The notes under the pieces: model-generated | Seen by the model: the letters and a program-made list of their open reading frames with translations, nothing else | The model's database searches: none | Told to the model about the DNA's origin: nothing | Shown: positions 14,105 through 28,290 of the stretch, piece by piece | How positions within the stretch are numbered: the first letter of the stretch is position 1 | How the letters are laid out: each line of letters begins with the position of its first letter | DNA from: Eledone cirrhosa | Lineage: Eukaryota | Assembly (NCBI GenBank): GCA_964016885.1 | Contig: OZ024741.1 | Location: forward strand, 126,480,001-126,544,000 | Direction of reading: 5' to 3' | DNA: 64,000 nt | Made by a program: the position numbers and the translations under genes

Positions 14105-14447
14105 ATATTAATAAATGGAAACTATATTTATAAAACCAGTGGAGATAGTACATTTATAATAAATGTACTATCTCCACTATCCAGGAAGCTCCAACCGTAA
14201 AGGTTGTCTTTTTTCCGGATATGTCAATATTTATTTATAAAACAAATCTGTATTTTATTTGATGAAAGCGCACCATAATTTGCCTTGGTTCCCCTTGAAA
14301 TATGTATAATAAAATAAATATGGTTTTATAAATATAGTTTCCATTTATTAATATATTGTGTATTTACTCCACTAACCTATTGATTGCTTTATATCAGTCA
14401 TAAAAATGTTTAAGCTTGTTGAATCCCAACCAATTAAATATAACCTC

Positions 14448-14450
<3 letters not shown>
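14100..14450 (+). mobile_element. Solo pLTR fragment of PLE family C with inverted 5' piece and mutated hammerhead (14251-14316, TTGATGA)
   Basis: Homologous to 51255-51540 and 57170-57450; 14101-14138 is the inverse of 14321-14358; bounded by (TA)n. Confidence 0.75.
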
Positions 14451-14500
<50 letters not shown>

Positions 14501-14501
14501 T

Positions 14502-14534
<33 letters not shown>

Positions 14535-14550
14535 GTATGTGTGTGTTTGT

Positions 14551-14584
<34 letters not shown>

Positions 14585-14820
14585 AAAGAATAAAAAGTTA
14601 GAAATTACATTTGTTCCTCTGTACTGATTTCCTCATAATATATTAAACAATATAAATGGCATAGTTACCAACGATAGCCAATTGGATTAAACTCTAAACT
14701 GTCTTTTACCTGTCTTACTGTGGAATATAAAATCACATTGAGCTTTCAATTATTATTTGCCTTATATGGTTGTTTTTCAACTCGTCGAAAGTTTTATATA
14801 TATATATATATATATATATA

Positions 14821-15040
14821 GCAGAGTATAAAAGTTTTAATATAGTAGAGCTTCTACAGGACTAGAACTGTTAAAGATATAAATACCACTACTTAATTGG
14901 ACAGCCAGCTCCCTGATGATTTCTCATTAATGTAACAGTTCTAGTTCTGTATAAGCTCTTCTATATTAAAACATTTATACTCTGCTATGTATTGAGTACC
15001 TTACTTACTGCGGTTACCCCCGATTCAACCCGGAATAACT
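14821..15040. repeat. Short inverted-repeat insert between (TA)n tracts, probable pLTR remnant
   Basis: 14821-14873 is an imperfect inverse of 14933-14985; CTGATGA at ~14913; related sequence at 30294-30340. Confidence 0.5.
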
Positions 15041-15300
15041 TATATATATATATATATATATATAACGAAGGAGTTGTGGTAAGGAACCAGATGGACCATA
15101 AGTCCAGAAATAGCCATCGGGTCATTCATATTGTTATATTTTTTTTTGGGGGGGGGGGGGGAGTCATGTTGTTATACTACTATTGGTAGAAATATTTAAT
15201 AAACACACTCGCTGTTTAGTTTGGGTATTTTTCGCCTTAGTATATTACGTATTTCTATAATTAATTTAGCTGGCAATCAATGTTTATTAGTTCAAAATAC

Positions 15301-15645
<345 letters not shown>

Positions 15646-15858
15646 TGCATATATATATATATATATATACATACATAGAGTCTCTGGGAGTTCTTTCATC
15701 ACACATCTGTGACATCATCAGTTGTTGTAATGTATTCTATCTATCTATCTGTGCGTAATAGCCATGATGAAAGAGGTTGTGTGGTGGACGCGCCTGAAAG
15801 GTCTGAGGTCGGGTGACTTTCTCTCCGGCCAACACCTGGTTTACTTCTTCCGATACCA

Positions 15859-15903
<45 letters not shown>

Positions 15904-15905
<2 letters not shown>

Positions 15906-16013
15906 AACGAGTAGGACCCCGACGGCTGAGCTCAAGCCGTTTCGACGGCTAATTCTGTCCAGAATTAACCGTCGAAACGGCTTGAGCTCAGCCGTCGGGG
16001 TCCTACTCGTTCC
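15904..16013. repeat. 110-bp palindrome (54-bp arms, 2-nt loop, one mismatch) containing the 3' half of a hammerhead
   Basis: GGAACGAGTAGGACCCC...CTG TC CAG...GGGGTCCTACTCGTTCC; symmetry continues into flanking (TA)n and (TC)n/(AG)n. Confidence 0.95.
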
Positions 16014-16049
<36 letters not shown>

Positions 16050-16362
16050 ATTACGCCCCGAGACTGCACAAATGTGTATATAAATATAGACATTTTTAAT
16101 ATATAGACATGTAAACATACCAGAAATACAAATTTCTATCCAAATTGAAAAAAAAAAATTTACTCTCGTATCTAGTTGGATCGTCATCGGGTGTGTATAT
16201 CATCCAAACAACTACAATTGCGTATATGCTGGGCTTTTATACCCTTTCGCTCATAGTTGTATTCTAAATTGAACATTGGCACAGTCTCGGTAACTCACTC
16301 TGTATAAATACACATATAAATTTATCATATAAAGTTACTTAAGAAAAGCATAAAAGTCAAAC

Positions 16363-16633
<271 letters not shown>

Positions 16634-19483
16634 CTCCAAACACGATTTTGTTTATTTCTGCATATCACAGATTCCTATTTTATGTGTCTACTACCAACCA
16701 ACAAACAAACAAACCGAACTGTACGATATCATTAAAACCAGTGAACGTGTTTGTCCTACTTAAATCTCCAGTTTATGATGTACTATAAACATCAAGATTA
16801 TGATAGAAGTTTCCTTTTTACTAGTTGCAAAAACCATATATTTTATTTTAATTGATTTTATTTTATTTCAAGATAAATACCTTGTGTGGTAGCACCTGAT
16901 TTAGTGGTTAAGTTGTTCAGCTCATGAGTTCGATACACAGCGGTGCGTTGTGTTCTTGAGCAAGACACTTAATTTCACGTTGTTCCATTTCAATCGGCTG
17001 GTAAAAATAAGGACCAACTTTGTCACAAACACTGGCATGATGAAGCTCCAAGAGAACTATATTAAAATTACCACTGTCTGTGGAATTGTCAGTCACTTAC
17101 AGTACAAGACAAGAAGGTTTGATCCTGTAAATTTGAAAGACCAGCCTTGACTCAAAATGTGCTATGCTGAATATTCATCTGAACTAAATTAAAAATACAC
17201 GTGTCCTTGGACTTCTCAGTTGCCTGCAAGGTAATTTTGCCAGCAGGTTTTCCCGTTGTTCGAATAACTGAAACAACCTTCACACAATATAATACATAGT
17301 TTGACGTTTATGGTTTAAGTACTTTAGCCGTAAATCTGTGAGGAAACGATCTCATGTTTTCAAATTGGTATGGGATTCCTGCCTTTTTCTTGGGCTTTGT
17401 CATACTCTAGCACGACAATAACGTTTAAATGAAGCCCGTTGTAGTTTATTTAAAGAGTTTTAGTACATTTGAAAGGTAACATCTGTTTTTGGCTGAAGGT
17501 GGAGTGTAATTGTCGAGAGATTGATATGAATACTGGTACTTTATCTGACTGAAGGCTGTAGCTTACTGATAAGTTATCAGTGTAGAAACCAAGGTAGACA
17601 TATTTTCGTTAAAATATCTATAGACGCAAACATAGTTGTTCAGTTAAAAGGGTCGCTTTTCACTCACGTGATTTTGGGCTCACTCCCACAGCATGTATCG
17701 TTGGGCAAGTGTCTTTTACTATAACTTCGCATTGACAAATGCCTTGTTAGTGAAACTGCATTGACGGAAACTATCTATATGTAATAATCTTTGTTTGTAT
17801 TTATGTATGGAGGGGTATTTGTAAACTGTACTCCGTTCGTTACGATGAATATTCCAGTTAATACGACCAACGGACCAGTCTGCCCGTGAAATTAACGTGC
17901 AATTGGCTGACCATTCTACAGACACGTGAATCCTTAAAGTAGTTAGTTCTCTGTGAGATTCAGCTTGACTCAGAATATGCCAAGGCTGGCCCTTCGAATT
18001 ACATGTACATTTTTGTCATTTGAATGAACTGGAGCAACGAGAAATAAAGTGTCCAGCTCAAGGACACAACGCACTGCCGGAATTCGAACTCATGACATTA
18101 CGATCGTGAGCCAAATACCCTAATCGCAAAGCCGCACGCCATCAAAGGTATATGTATGTATGCGTATGATTATGTCCATGTATGTGTTTATGTTTACAGT
18201 TTATGCGGTTGGACAAAAGAGATCGATAAAATAAGCACCAGACTTGAAGAATTAAGTACTGGGGTCAATATGGCCGACTAAAAGACTTTTAAGGCGGTGT
18301 CACATGTCTGCTGTCTAATGATTGAAATAAGTATATAAAAAAATAATAATGATATGACTGGTTCTCCAGACTCAAAATTAAAAGGATTTATAAATGTAGT
18401 TCATCTTATAATTTCAAAGAGAATGCGTGGTAGTGAAAGTTGTTAATTGTTATGGTATGGGCGCCATAATGTACAGGGGCGCCATAATGGCATACGGCAT
18501 TTCTTGAGCATTTTAAGCCTGATGGAGCTTATTTTTCACCAGGTCTGAATATAGTGAGAAAGATGTAAAAGAATTGACCCCAGTACTTTTATTTACCTCG
18601 ACAGGATTTGAACTCAAACGCTCGAAACGACTCTGCTAATTTGTCGGCTTGATAATTGTTATAACGTCGTATTAAATACCTAACGGTATTTATTCTTCCT
18701 CTTGTTATTGTCGCTTTCAATTAAAATTACGCCGAGCTCAACTTTACCTCTCATCTATTTAGGGTCGATAAAGTCATATTCCAAGGTGGGATGTTTCGAG
18801 CGTCGAACGGGATTCTTCCTTGTGTTGTTTCTTTCGTCCCATTGTTTTCCGAGTTCACCTATGACGTCACTTATTCTGCAGCTACAACTCCGACAATTTA
18901 CTTATCTCTCTCCATATCCCAATAATTTTGCAGATTAAAAACTATAATCAGTATTACTGGTATTGGATTTATAGGAAATATGAAAATAAATGTATTATCA
19001 AATTAGTCTTGAATTTAGAAAATAATTATATACAATTAACTTCATTCAGCTGAGTGGACTGTAGTCACTTGTATTAAAGTGTCTTGCTCGAGGACGCAAC
19101 GAATGTGAGCCGAACACCGTATAACAATGTTTTCCGTTGTTTTTTGTGGATAGGAAATTGAAATTAATTTATATTTGACTTGGAAAAACATGTATTTCCC
19201 TGGAAATATTGACATAAATGTTGTTTACGAGTTATAGGTTCAACTAGTTTGATAATATCGAATATTGTATATAGAGATGTTAGATACTTCTAAAAAAATC
19301 GTTCAAAATATCTAAGTAAAAATGTTTCGAAATATCGATTAATCAGTATTTTGCAAGCCTTTATGATCGAAACTAACAAATATAGGAAATAGCATTCTTG
19401 TTAATGAAAATACTGAATCGAATTTAAACTTAAATCAAATAGAATTTTATTGAATTTCCTTTCAATATAAACCATAGAAGTAA

Positions 19484-19890
19484 TAATTGTTTCTACTTTT
19501 GGCACAAGGCCAGCAATTAACCAGTACATTACTGGTAATTTATTTTATCGACCCCGTAAGGATGAAAGGCAAAGTTAACCTCTGCGGCATTTGAACTGAG
19601 TTCGTAAAGGGACGTAACTGTGCTGCAAAGCATGGCATCTGACCCTCTACCGACACTGCCAATTCACTTATAATGATTTCTACTATAGACACAACGTTAA
19701 CAATTTGGATGTGGGGCGGGGGGGGGGGGTCGATTAAATCGATGCCAGTAGGTTACTGATACTTTATTTTATCGAAAGGTGAAAGGCAAAGCTTACCTCA
19801 ATGGGATTTGAAATCAGAATGTAAAGAGTCATAACTCTATGCCACAAATCATGATATACGACGCTCTACCGACACTGTCAAGTGACCGCC
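19484..19890 (-). mobile_element. Two adjacent SINE family 1 copies
   Basis: Reverse-complement cores at ~19530-19600 and ~19755-19820, each with tail and head. Confidence 0.75.
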
Positions 19891-22431
19891 CTAAACATAG
19901 ACGCTATAAGAAGGTGCGTGGCTTAGTAGTTAGAGTGTTAAACGCATGGGTTCGATTCTTGAACCGGTGGAACTTTGTGTTCTTAAGCAAGACACATCAT
20001 TTAATGTTGCATTTGATGATAGGACTAGGCCCCTATAAGTAAAACATGCAAGAAACCTCCTGTGCGATATATCCTCATAGGTGGTCAGCTAAACCAGCAT
20101 ATGTGTGAGATGTAATTTTTCTTTTTCTGAAGAAATAATAATAAATGTTACGGAGAATATTCAGAGCCGGTCCCAGAGTATTTGGAGCCCTTTTCTAAGT
20201 TATGCGACCCATTCTCCCCAATGAAACAATTTCAACTACTTCGCCTTCTGGTTACACTAAGAAAATTACTAGGCCTGCATTTTTTACTTACACAGTCCTA
20301 ATTCATTCTCGCCAAATCATGTTACAGGTCATAACACGATATAGCCCTCCCACACCGCTGCCACGCGGCAAAGGAGTTTAGAGATTTATGTACTGATCGC
20401 AGTAAATTATTATATATTTAACTTAATTATACAAATTACTGTATCATTGTGATCTTTTAAGATTTAATAACGCGTCTTTCTGAAGCGGCTGTATAGTTGT
20501 CCTTGATAGTAGCACAGCCCCTGTGTATATAACAATACATGTTAGTTGTAAAGATACTATATTATTGGATTGTTGTTGTAGATGAATAGAAAACTGAAAT
20601 ACTAATGGTTGCCTGGGATATTTTGGCAAGAGAAGTGGGTAATAAAATACGATTATAGTAGTTAAAATACGATTATTTGTCTGCTATTTTGGCAAGAGAA
20701 GTGAAAAATAGATTATGATTTAGAATAGTGAAGGGTGATACTAATGGTTGATTTGGGATATTTTGGCAAAAGGAATGGACAATAGACCACGACTTACAAT
20801 AGTGAAGGATGGGAGATAAAAGATCAGAGCATTGCTGTCAAAGAAAGTGTGATTAGAAAAAATTAGCTGTTAAAGATATTGTATAAAATAAGAGACAAAG
20901 GATGTTTCCGGGGAAATGTGTGAAAGGAAGTTTGTTTATTGAAAGGTGATTATATTGATTCAAATCAAATTCTAATAAAGAAAGGAAACGTGAAACAGAA
21001 TAACGAAGGGTTTACAATACAGAAGAGTTGGCAGTCAAAGCAAGAGAAGTTGGGTTCTCTCACTGTCTCTCTGTTTCTCCCTTTCTCTTTACATACACAG
21101 TGTTTCAAAACTTAATATCTATTTTGGTTCTATTAGTGCTATTCAAAACAATAACTATGGAGATAACCTCTGTGTATGTGTGTGTGCATGTGTGTGTGAA
21201 AGAGAGAATTTTCCTGTGCCTTTATTGTGGTTTTCTCCTGTATAAGGTTCACACCTTGTCTATGCCTTCTAAAAAAACCCATTTAAAAATCAAATAATTA
21301 TTGTCCCTCTGAAACAATGAATTCTTTTTGTGACTAAATATATTCATGTTGTGGAGAGATGCATTTGGCAATCTGTAGTAAGTCTTCTGGACTGTACTAT
21401 TGTTATAATGGGAAGTATGTACGTCTCTATCAATCCACCGCTGGCGTGTTCTTTCACTGTGAAAACTAAGCACTAGGTGTTACAATCTCGCAGGGTGTTG
21501 CTAACTGGTGTATAAACGTTCTGAACAGGTGACGAAAACATATTTGTTGATGAGCTTTGATCCGATCACTCATAGGTCTAGATTGGGCAAGACAGACTAT
21601 TATGGAACGGGAACTGCTATGGACAACAAAATAGTGATGGGAATTTCCATAGGCCCTTGTCTACTGATGGAGTCGTCATGACATATGGTATTTAAACCTA
21701 GCAGAGCCCATCTCCCTCCATGTCTGATAATAGTCGAATTATTACAGACAAATGGAGCGGGACAGGAGTGAAAAAGATGTAGAGGAAGAATCGACACCGG
21801 TATTGAACTGATACTTTATTTACCGATCCCAAAAAACTGAAAGGCAAAGTTGATCTTGGCGTGACTTGAACGGAAGGTGCAGAGAGCGGGGATCATGGAA
21901 TGAGCCAACGTCGGTTTCGACGATGAATGTTCCAGTTGTTCAATTAATGTACTTTTAACGTAATTCTCTTGGAGATTCAGCGAGACAGTGTATATGACAA
22001 ATCTGGCCCTTTGATTTACAGGTACATTCCAGCTAGTTTCCATCAACTCAATTTCCTTTCAAGGCATGAGTGAACCAGAGGCTGTGGAATTGACATTTAG
22101 TTTTGACGCCTCACTATGGGATCGAACCCGACTCCTAATTATTGTGAAGCGAATTAATTATATGGCCATACCGCGTCACACGTGCAAATATATGTATATG
22201 TCCACACATGCATACACACTCACACACATCAAAGTATATTCAAAAGCCACTTATAAAATCTCACTAGTAGTTTTTGGTCGAGTCATAACGACAAGTTCTC
22301 TCAGGGCTGAAGAGAACTCTTGAAACGAATAATCGTGGCACCTTGGGAAAATATTCTCAACTACAGCCTTGGTTTGACCAGTGCCTTGAGAGGAAAATTT
22401 GATAGTTTGAAACTGTGCAGACGTCCGGTAT

Positions 22432-25088
22432 TGCGTTCACAGATTGACTTTGTTAGTTTCAGAAGATCCCGTTAAGGGTGTAAGCAGCGATTCTTAGCTT
22501 AAACTTTAATCTGTTATTTTAATAAATATTTGCTCTACGGTTCTTATATATTTGATATATATTTATCCTTATCAAGCTCTCTTTGGATTTTAGTCTTCAA
22601 ATTTATTATTATTACTATTTGACTCTCTCGGTTAAGCACTCTATTGACTTATATTCATCATGCAGAAACAACATCTGAATATTTCTACAAAGAACATACC
22701 CGTACCAAGCAGGAAAACATACCTAAAACTCCTGATACAGAAAACAGACGCGTTCATTAAAAGGTTGCGTTGGCGTGCCTTTTATTTCGATAATCAGAGA
22801 AAAGCAGACAACAAACAGGATTAATTTGGGTTTAAAACCTATAATAAACCTCCGAGTAACCCAGCATTGCTACCCTTCGAAAATGATGTCTTGGAACTCA
22901 TACGGAGTATCAAATTTCGGAATAGGAGCAATTCCTTCCAGCAGGACCTGAAGAATAGAATTCGTTCTATTAAGTATTATAATGCCGTGCACGTCCATTC
23001 CGACAAAACTGGCAACCTATATCAAGTGGAGCGCAGTACTTACCATCAACTGCTACATAATGCTGTAACTAAGGATTACCGTAAAACTAATCGGAGCGTC
23101 ATTAATGAAATCAACGATGCTGGGTTTAAAATCACCTCTGATCTCAACATCCTGGACCGGACCGAACCTCTGGACCCTATTTCTCCCCACTTTACCCTGA
23201 AGGATCACAAATCCAATTTTCCGAACAACTCCTCTATTGGGTTTGTTAACCATACGAAGTCCGATTTAGGTAGACTTAATAAAAGGATTCTTGATAGAAT
23301 TATACCTGAAATTAGAAGTTTGGCCCCTCTTGCACTGTGGAACAATTCTTTCGCGGTAATTGATTGGTTCAACGGCATATGCAACAAGGAACATTGCCAT
23401 TTTATCCAATTCGACATCAATAATTACTACTCCTCCATCACTTTACCACTTTTCTTAGAGCTATCAATTTCGCTAAAACCCTCACGGTGATTAAGGATTT
23501 CGAAGTTGATGTCATCCTCAATGCCCGTGAGTCGGTGATTAATTTTGACGACTCTATTTGGATTAAAAAATCTTATCGGCCTTTTCCTTCTTTTCTCTGT
23601 CAAGAAAGAATTTCCCAACGAGGGCGGTGGTTTATACCGTGATGATGGTCTTTTGACCATGACAAAGTGCGGCCCACGTGCTTGCGACAGGTTCAGTAAA
23701 GAACTCACAGCCTTCTTTAAAGGCTTCAACCTCTCCATACAGGTTGAGGCCAACCTCTACGTCGTTAATTACCTCGACGGTACCCTCAATTTATCGAATG
23801 GATTGCATTACCCGTATAGAAAGCCGAATGATACGCTTAATTACATAAGTAAGCATTCTAACCATCCTGCCAGCATAACCAAGAACCTGGTAAGAAACGT
23901 TTATTTGAGGCTTTCCCGACTATCTACTAACGAGCATATTTTCAACGACCATTCCACATATTACAATGAAGCACTTGCTCAAAGTGGATTTGTCGATAAG
24001 GTAGCATATACAGAGTACGAGAATAGACCTAGAAGAAATAGATCCCGACGCATTATATGGTATAGCCCACCATATAATATGGAGGTGGCCACACCATTAG
24101 CTAAGATCTTTCTCTCCCTTATTATGAAGCATTTTCCCCCTACACATAAATATAGCAAAATTTTTAATAGAAATACTATTAAAATTTCTTACTCTACGAC
24201 TCCTAACCTTGCACATAACATCACAGCTTCAAATTTAGCTAAACTACCTAGCCGTAGGAACACGTGCAACCCTGTAGTTAGTACTAACTGTAATTGTAGG
24301 AATCGGGTTGACTGCCCCCTATCCGGGAAATGCCTCTCTAGTAACATTGTCTACAAATGTAAGGTTGTAACACCCACGTCCCGTAGGGCCTACATAGGGT
24401 TAACCGCTAATAGATTCAAGCAGCGTCTTTACATGCATACCCATTCTTTTCATAACCCTTTAAGAAGGAATATGACGTCACTTTCAGCTTATATCTGGGG
24501 TCTAAAAGACAACCACACCCAATATAAGTTACACTGGGAGATCTTAGCCAAAGCTAGATCGTATAACGGAAATAAAAGACCATGTGACCTCTGCGCCGCT
24601 GAGGCCCTGGAAATACTCTACGCCAAAGACCACATCTTAAACAAAAAATCTGAGGCAATTTCGGCTTGTAAACATAAATTGCACAAAACTTTCCTGTATT
24701 ACAGCTCCACATTATAACCTAATGGATAGTACGAACTATACGCGGATATTTTACGTCTTGATGTGGTAGCTAAGTATATGTTATGTTTATACCATTACTT
24801 ATTTGTATAGGTATGTTTTGTGAAGGTACGTATACTTTCTCGTACGTATATTTGATTGTATATGTTATGGCGTATATATTATATATTCTGGTTCATATGC
24901 TTTTGGTTATATGTATACGTGAGTTTTGCGTCTGTGTGAGTATGCGGGTTCGTACGTATGTAGGGTGTGTGTATATGTGTACTTTGTGTTTTGGTTGACG
25001 TACGTCTCCGAACATATGTGTATTTACGTGTGTGCGTTTGTTATATACGTATTTATTTATTTATATACGTTTATTTAATTATATGTAT

Positions 25089-25186
<98 letters not shown>

Positions 25187-25869
25187 TTTTTTATTATATA
25201 TTTTTATGTGTATTTGGTGTATACATTCGTATGCGTGCGGGTACTGGCGTTGCGTGGGTTCCGTATGTGCGTGCGGTTTTTTTTTTCGTACGTGCGTGTA
25301 TTTGTATACCTATGGCGAGTGTTTTCGCGTATGCTTTTGTACGTACATATATGGATGGGTGTATGTATTTATTTAATTTCAATTACCTCTGTATCTTATT
25401 TACTTTATTCTTAACTCTGAAGCCGAGAATCATTCGGTTTCCTAGTTAGAATTTTAGTCTACGACTTCAGCTATACCATTTAGGTGGTTTTGTCTTTGCG
25501 TGCAATTGTTCTCCCCGCTCCACATATGACGTATTATCTTCGTTTTTTCCGTTCATTGCCAGAGAACGTCTCTATGAACCACCTAATAGAATATTAGTCT
25601 GCGACTTCTTTTATACCATAAACGTGGTTTTGTCTTTGCGTGTAATTGTTTTTCACCGCTCCAAATAATGACGTATTATATTCGTTTTTTCCAGTTCTTT
25701 GCCAGGGAACGTTTCCAAAAACCCAAGTATCGTTTTCCTGTCTTCCTCCTGTTGCAATATTTTTTGAAATATTTACTTCCGCGTTCACAGATTGACTTTG
25801 TTAGTTTCAGAAGATGCCGTTAAGGGTGAAAGCAGCGATTCTTTGCTTAAACTTTAATCTGTTATTTTA

Positions 25870-25875
<6 letters not shown>
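22432..25875 (+). mobile_element. Near full-length Penelope-like element (Hydra-type, family B) with direct pLTR repeats
   Basis: ~95-bp direct repeat GCGTTCACAGATTGACTTTG...TTTAATAAATAT at 22433-22529 and 25781-25877 brackets the RT-EN ORF and 1.1-kb 3' UTR; ends in (TA)n. Confidence 0.92.
22660..24717 (+). pseudogene. PLE reverse transcriptase / GIY-YIG endonuclease, disrupted
   Basis: Starts MQKQHLNISTKNIP, stop at 22822, SDKTGNLY, LKDHK, QFDINNYYSSI, frameshift ~23450, deletion of the FDVTMGS motif ~23570, YRDDGL, CNCRNRVDCPL, NIVY...YIG, CDLC. Confidence 0.9.
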
Positions 25876-26807
<932 letters not shown>

Positions 26808-27040
26808 GTAAATATACACGGGTGTGTATGATTGTGTATAGAAGATTATATTAATAAGAGGAATTCCAACTTTGTCTGATTTACTCGTTTTATTTACAAT
26901 CCTTTAAAATATATATAATATGGTATTATAATGAAATAGTATGATAGAATATTAAATTCTAAGTGTTAATTGAACAAGTACTTTCATGCTTTCGCAATCT
27001 TCAGGTTCATGATATGTGGTGACAGTCGAGTTTGCAATTT
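26808..27040 (-). mobile_element. ~235-bp hammerhead-bearing unit, copy 2
   Basis: Near-identical to 15410-15645. Confidence 0.75.
26971..27009 (-). ncRNA. Minimal type I hammerhead ribozyme
   Basis: Identical to 15571-15609. Confidence 0.8.
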
Positions 27041-27044
27041 ATAC

Positions 27045-27087
<43 letters not shown>

Positions 27088-27147
27088 AGAAAATGAGGTT
27101 TTTTTAAATGAAAAAACAAACAATGAGATGTCCTACACAACTGAACA

Positions 27148-27332
27148 TATAAGGAAAAGAAATCGAAAATGCAACTGGAATGTTTTTAAGAATATTTATT
27201 TGTTTCCTTTCCCGGTTTCACAGTTCTTATGCTTTTCAAAAGTAGAATTGAGATGGAGAAACGGGTAAAGGAAACAAATAAAATATTCTCAAAAAGACTC
27301 CAGTTGCATTTTCTATTTCTTTTCCATATATA
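27148..27332. repeat. Inverted-repeat pLTR-like fragment with variant hammerhead
   Basis: 27148-27219 is an imperfect inverse of 27257-27330; homologous to 40797-40922. Confidence 0.6.
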
Positions 27333-27334
27333 TA

Positions 27335-28290
27335 CTAGACATGAAAAATGCGCAAGCTCAAAAGTGCCACAGAATGTTATAATAAACCTTCAAAAGTGTG
27401 GGACTAGAGTTGTTGCTAAAAAATATTGTAATCATTATATATCGTACATTCTGTGGCATCCTTTATAAAAATAGCTTAAACCAACGAAGCCTTTATTTTT
27501 ACGCTATTTCACTTAGTTAATTCTTAGAGTGTAACATATAAAAATATGATTTACAACTATAAAATAAATTAATTAATATAATAACAGAGCTGCGGAGCTG
27601 AAATTTAGGAAATAATGGAGTATCGGATCCTGAGTTGGAGCCAGTCAATTTTTGACCGACTCCGCAGCCCTGTATAATACATTTCATATTAAAGTTATTA
27701 ATAAACCTATTTTACACTTCATGCAAATTACCACGAGATATTGATATTAGATATAAGATACAGCGCAATATCTACAGCTGTAAAAGTACGAAAGCGAAGT
27801 AATAATAAGTGGCTTAAGGTAATTCCAATATGAAAGTTTGTAGTGATAAAAATTTGATAATGCAATACGATTGTTAATATTATAGTTCTATGAAAATGTA
27901 ACAATAGATAACTAAATTATTTTACTATTAGTATATTTAAGAAATTATCATTATAGATTTGATCGTTCATATAAGCATCATATTAAGTTTCAACACAATT
28001 ATTTTGTTACTATGAGTATATGATAATAATATTACGTAATTATTTATAGCTGTTATTACATTAAACATAGATGTATTTATTTTTATATGTTACACTCTAA
28101 GAATTAACTAAGTGAAATAGCGTAAAAATAAAGGCTTCGTTGGTTTAAGCTATTTTTATAAAGGATGCCACAGAATGTACGATATATAATGATTACAATA
28201 TTTTTTAGCAACAACTCTAGTCCCACACTTTTGAAGGTTTATTATAACATTCTGTGGCACTTTTGAGCTTGCGCATTTTTCATGTCTAGT
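27335..28290. repeat. Long inverted repeat (~210-bp arms, ~530-bp spacer)
   Basis: 27335-27545 (ACTAGACATGAAAAATGCGC...) is the reverse complement of 28080-28290, with no mismatch seen by eye. Confidence 0.9.
27585..27672. mobile_element. 88-bp hAT-type MITE
   Basis: TIRs CAGAGCTGCGGAG / CTCCGCAGCCCTG; flanks TATAATAA / TATAATAC (7 of 8 TSD match). Confidence 0.6.

Noticed and set aside
14905-14950. Hammerhead at CTGATGA 14913
   Set aside because: GAAA reads GTAA and no convincing stems I or III could be paired.
21300-21790. Possible host exon in a non-repetitive block
   Set aside because: Stops in the frames examined and no recognisable protein motif; a short exon cannot be excluded without RNA-seq.
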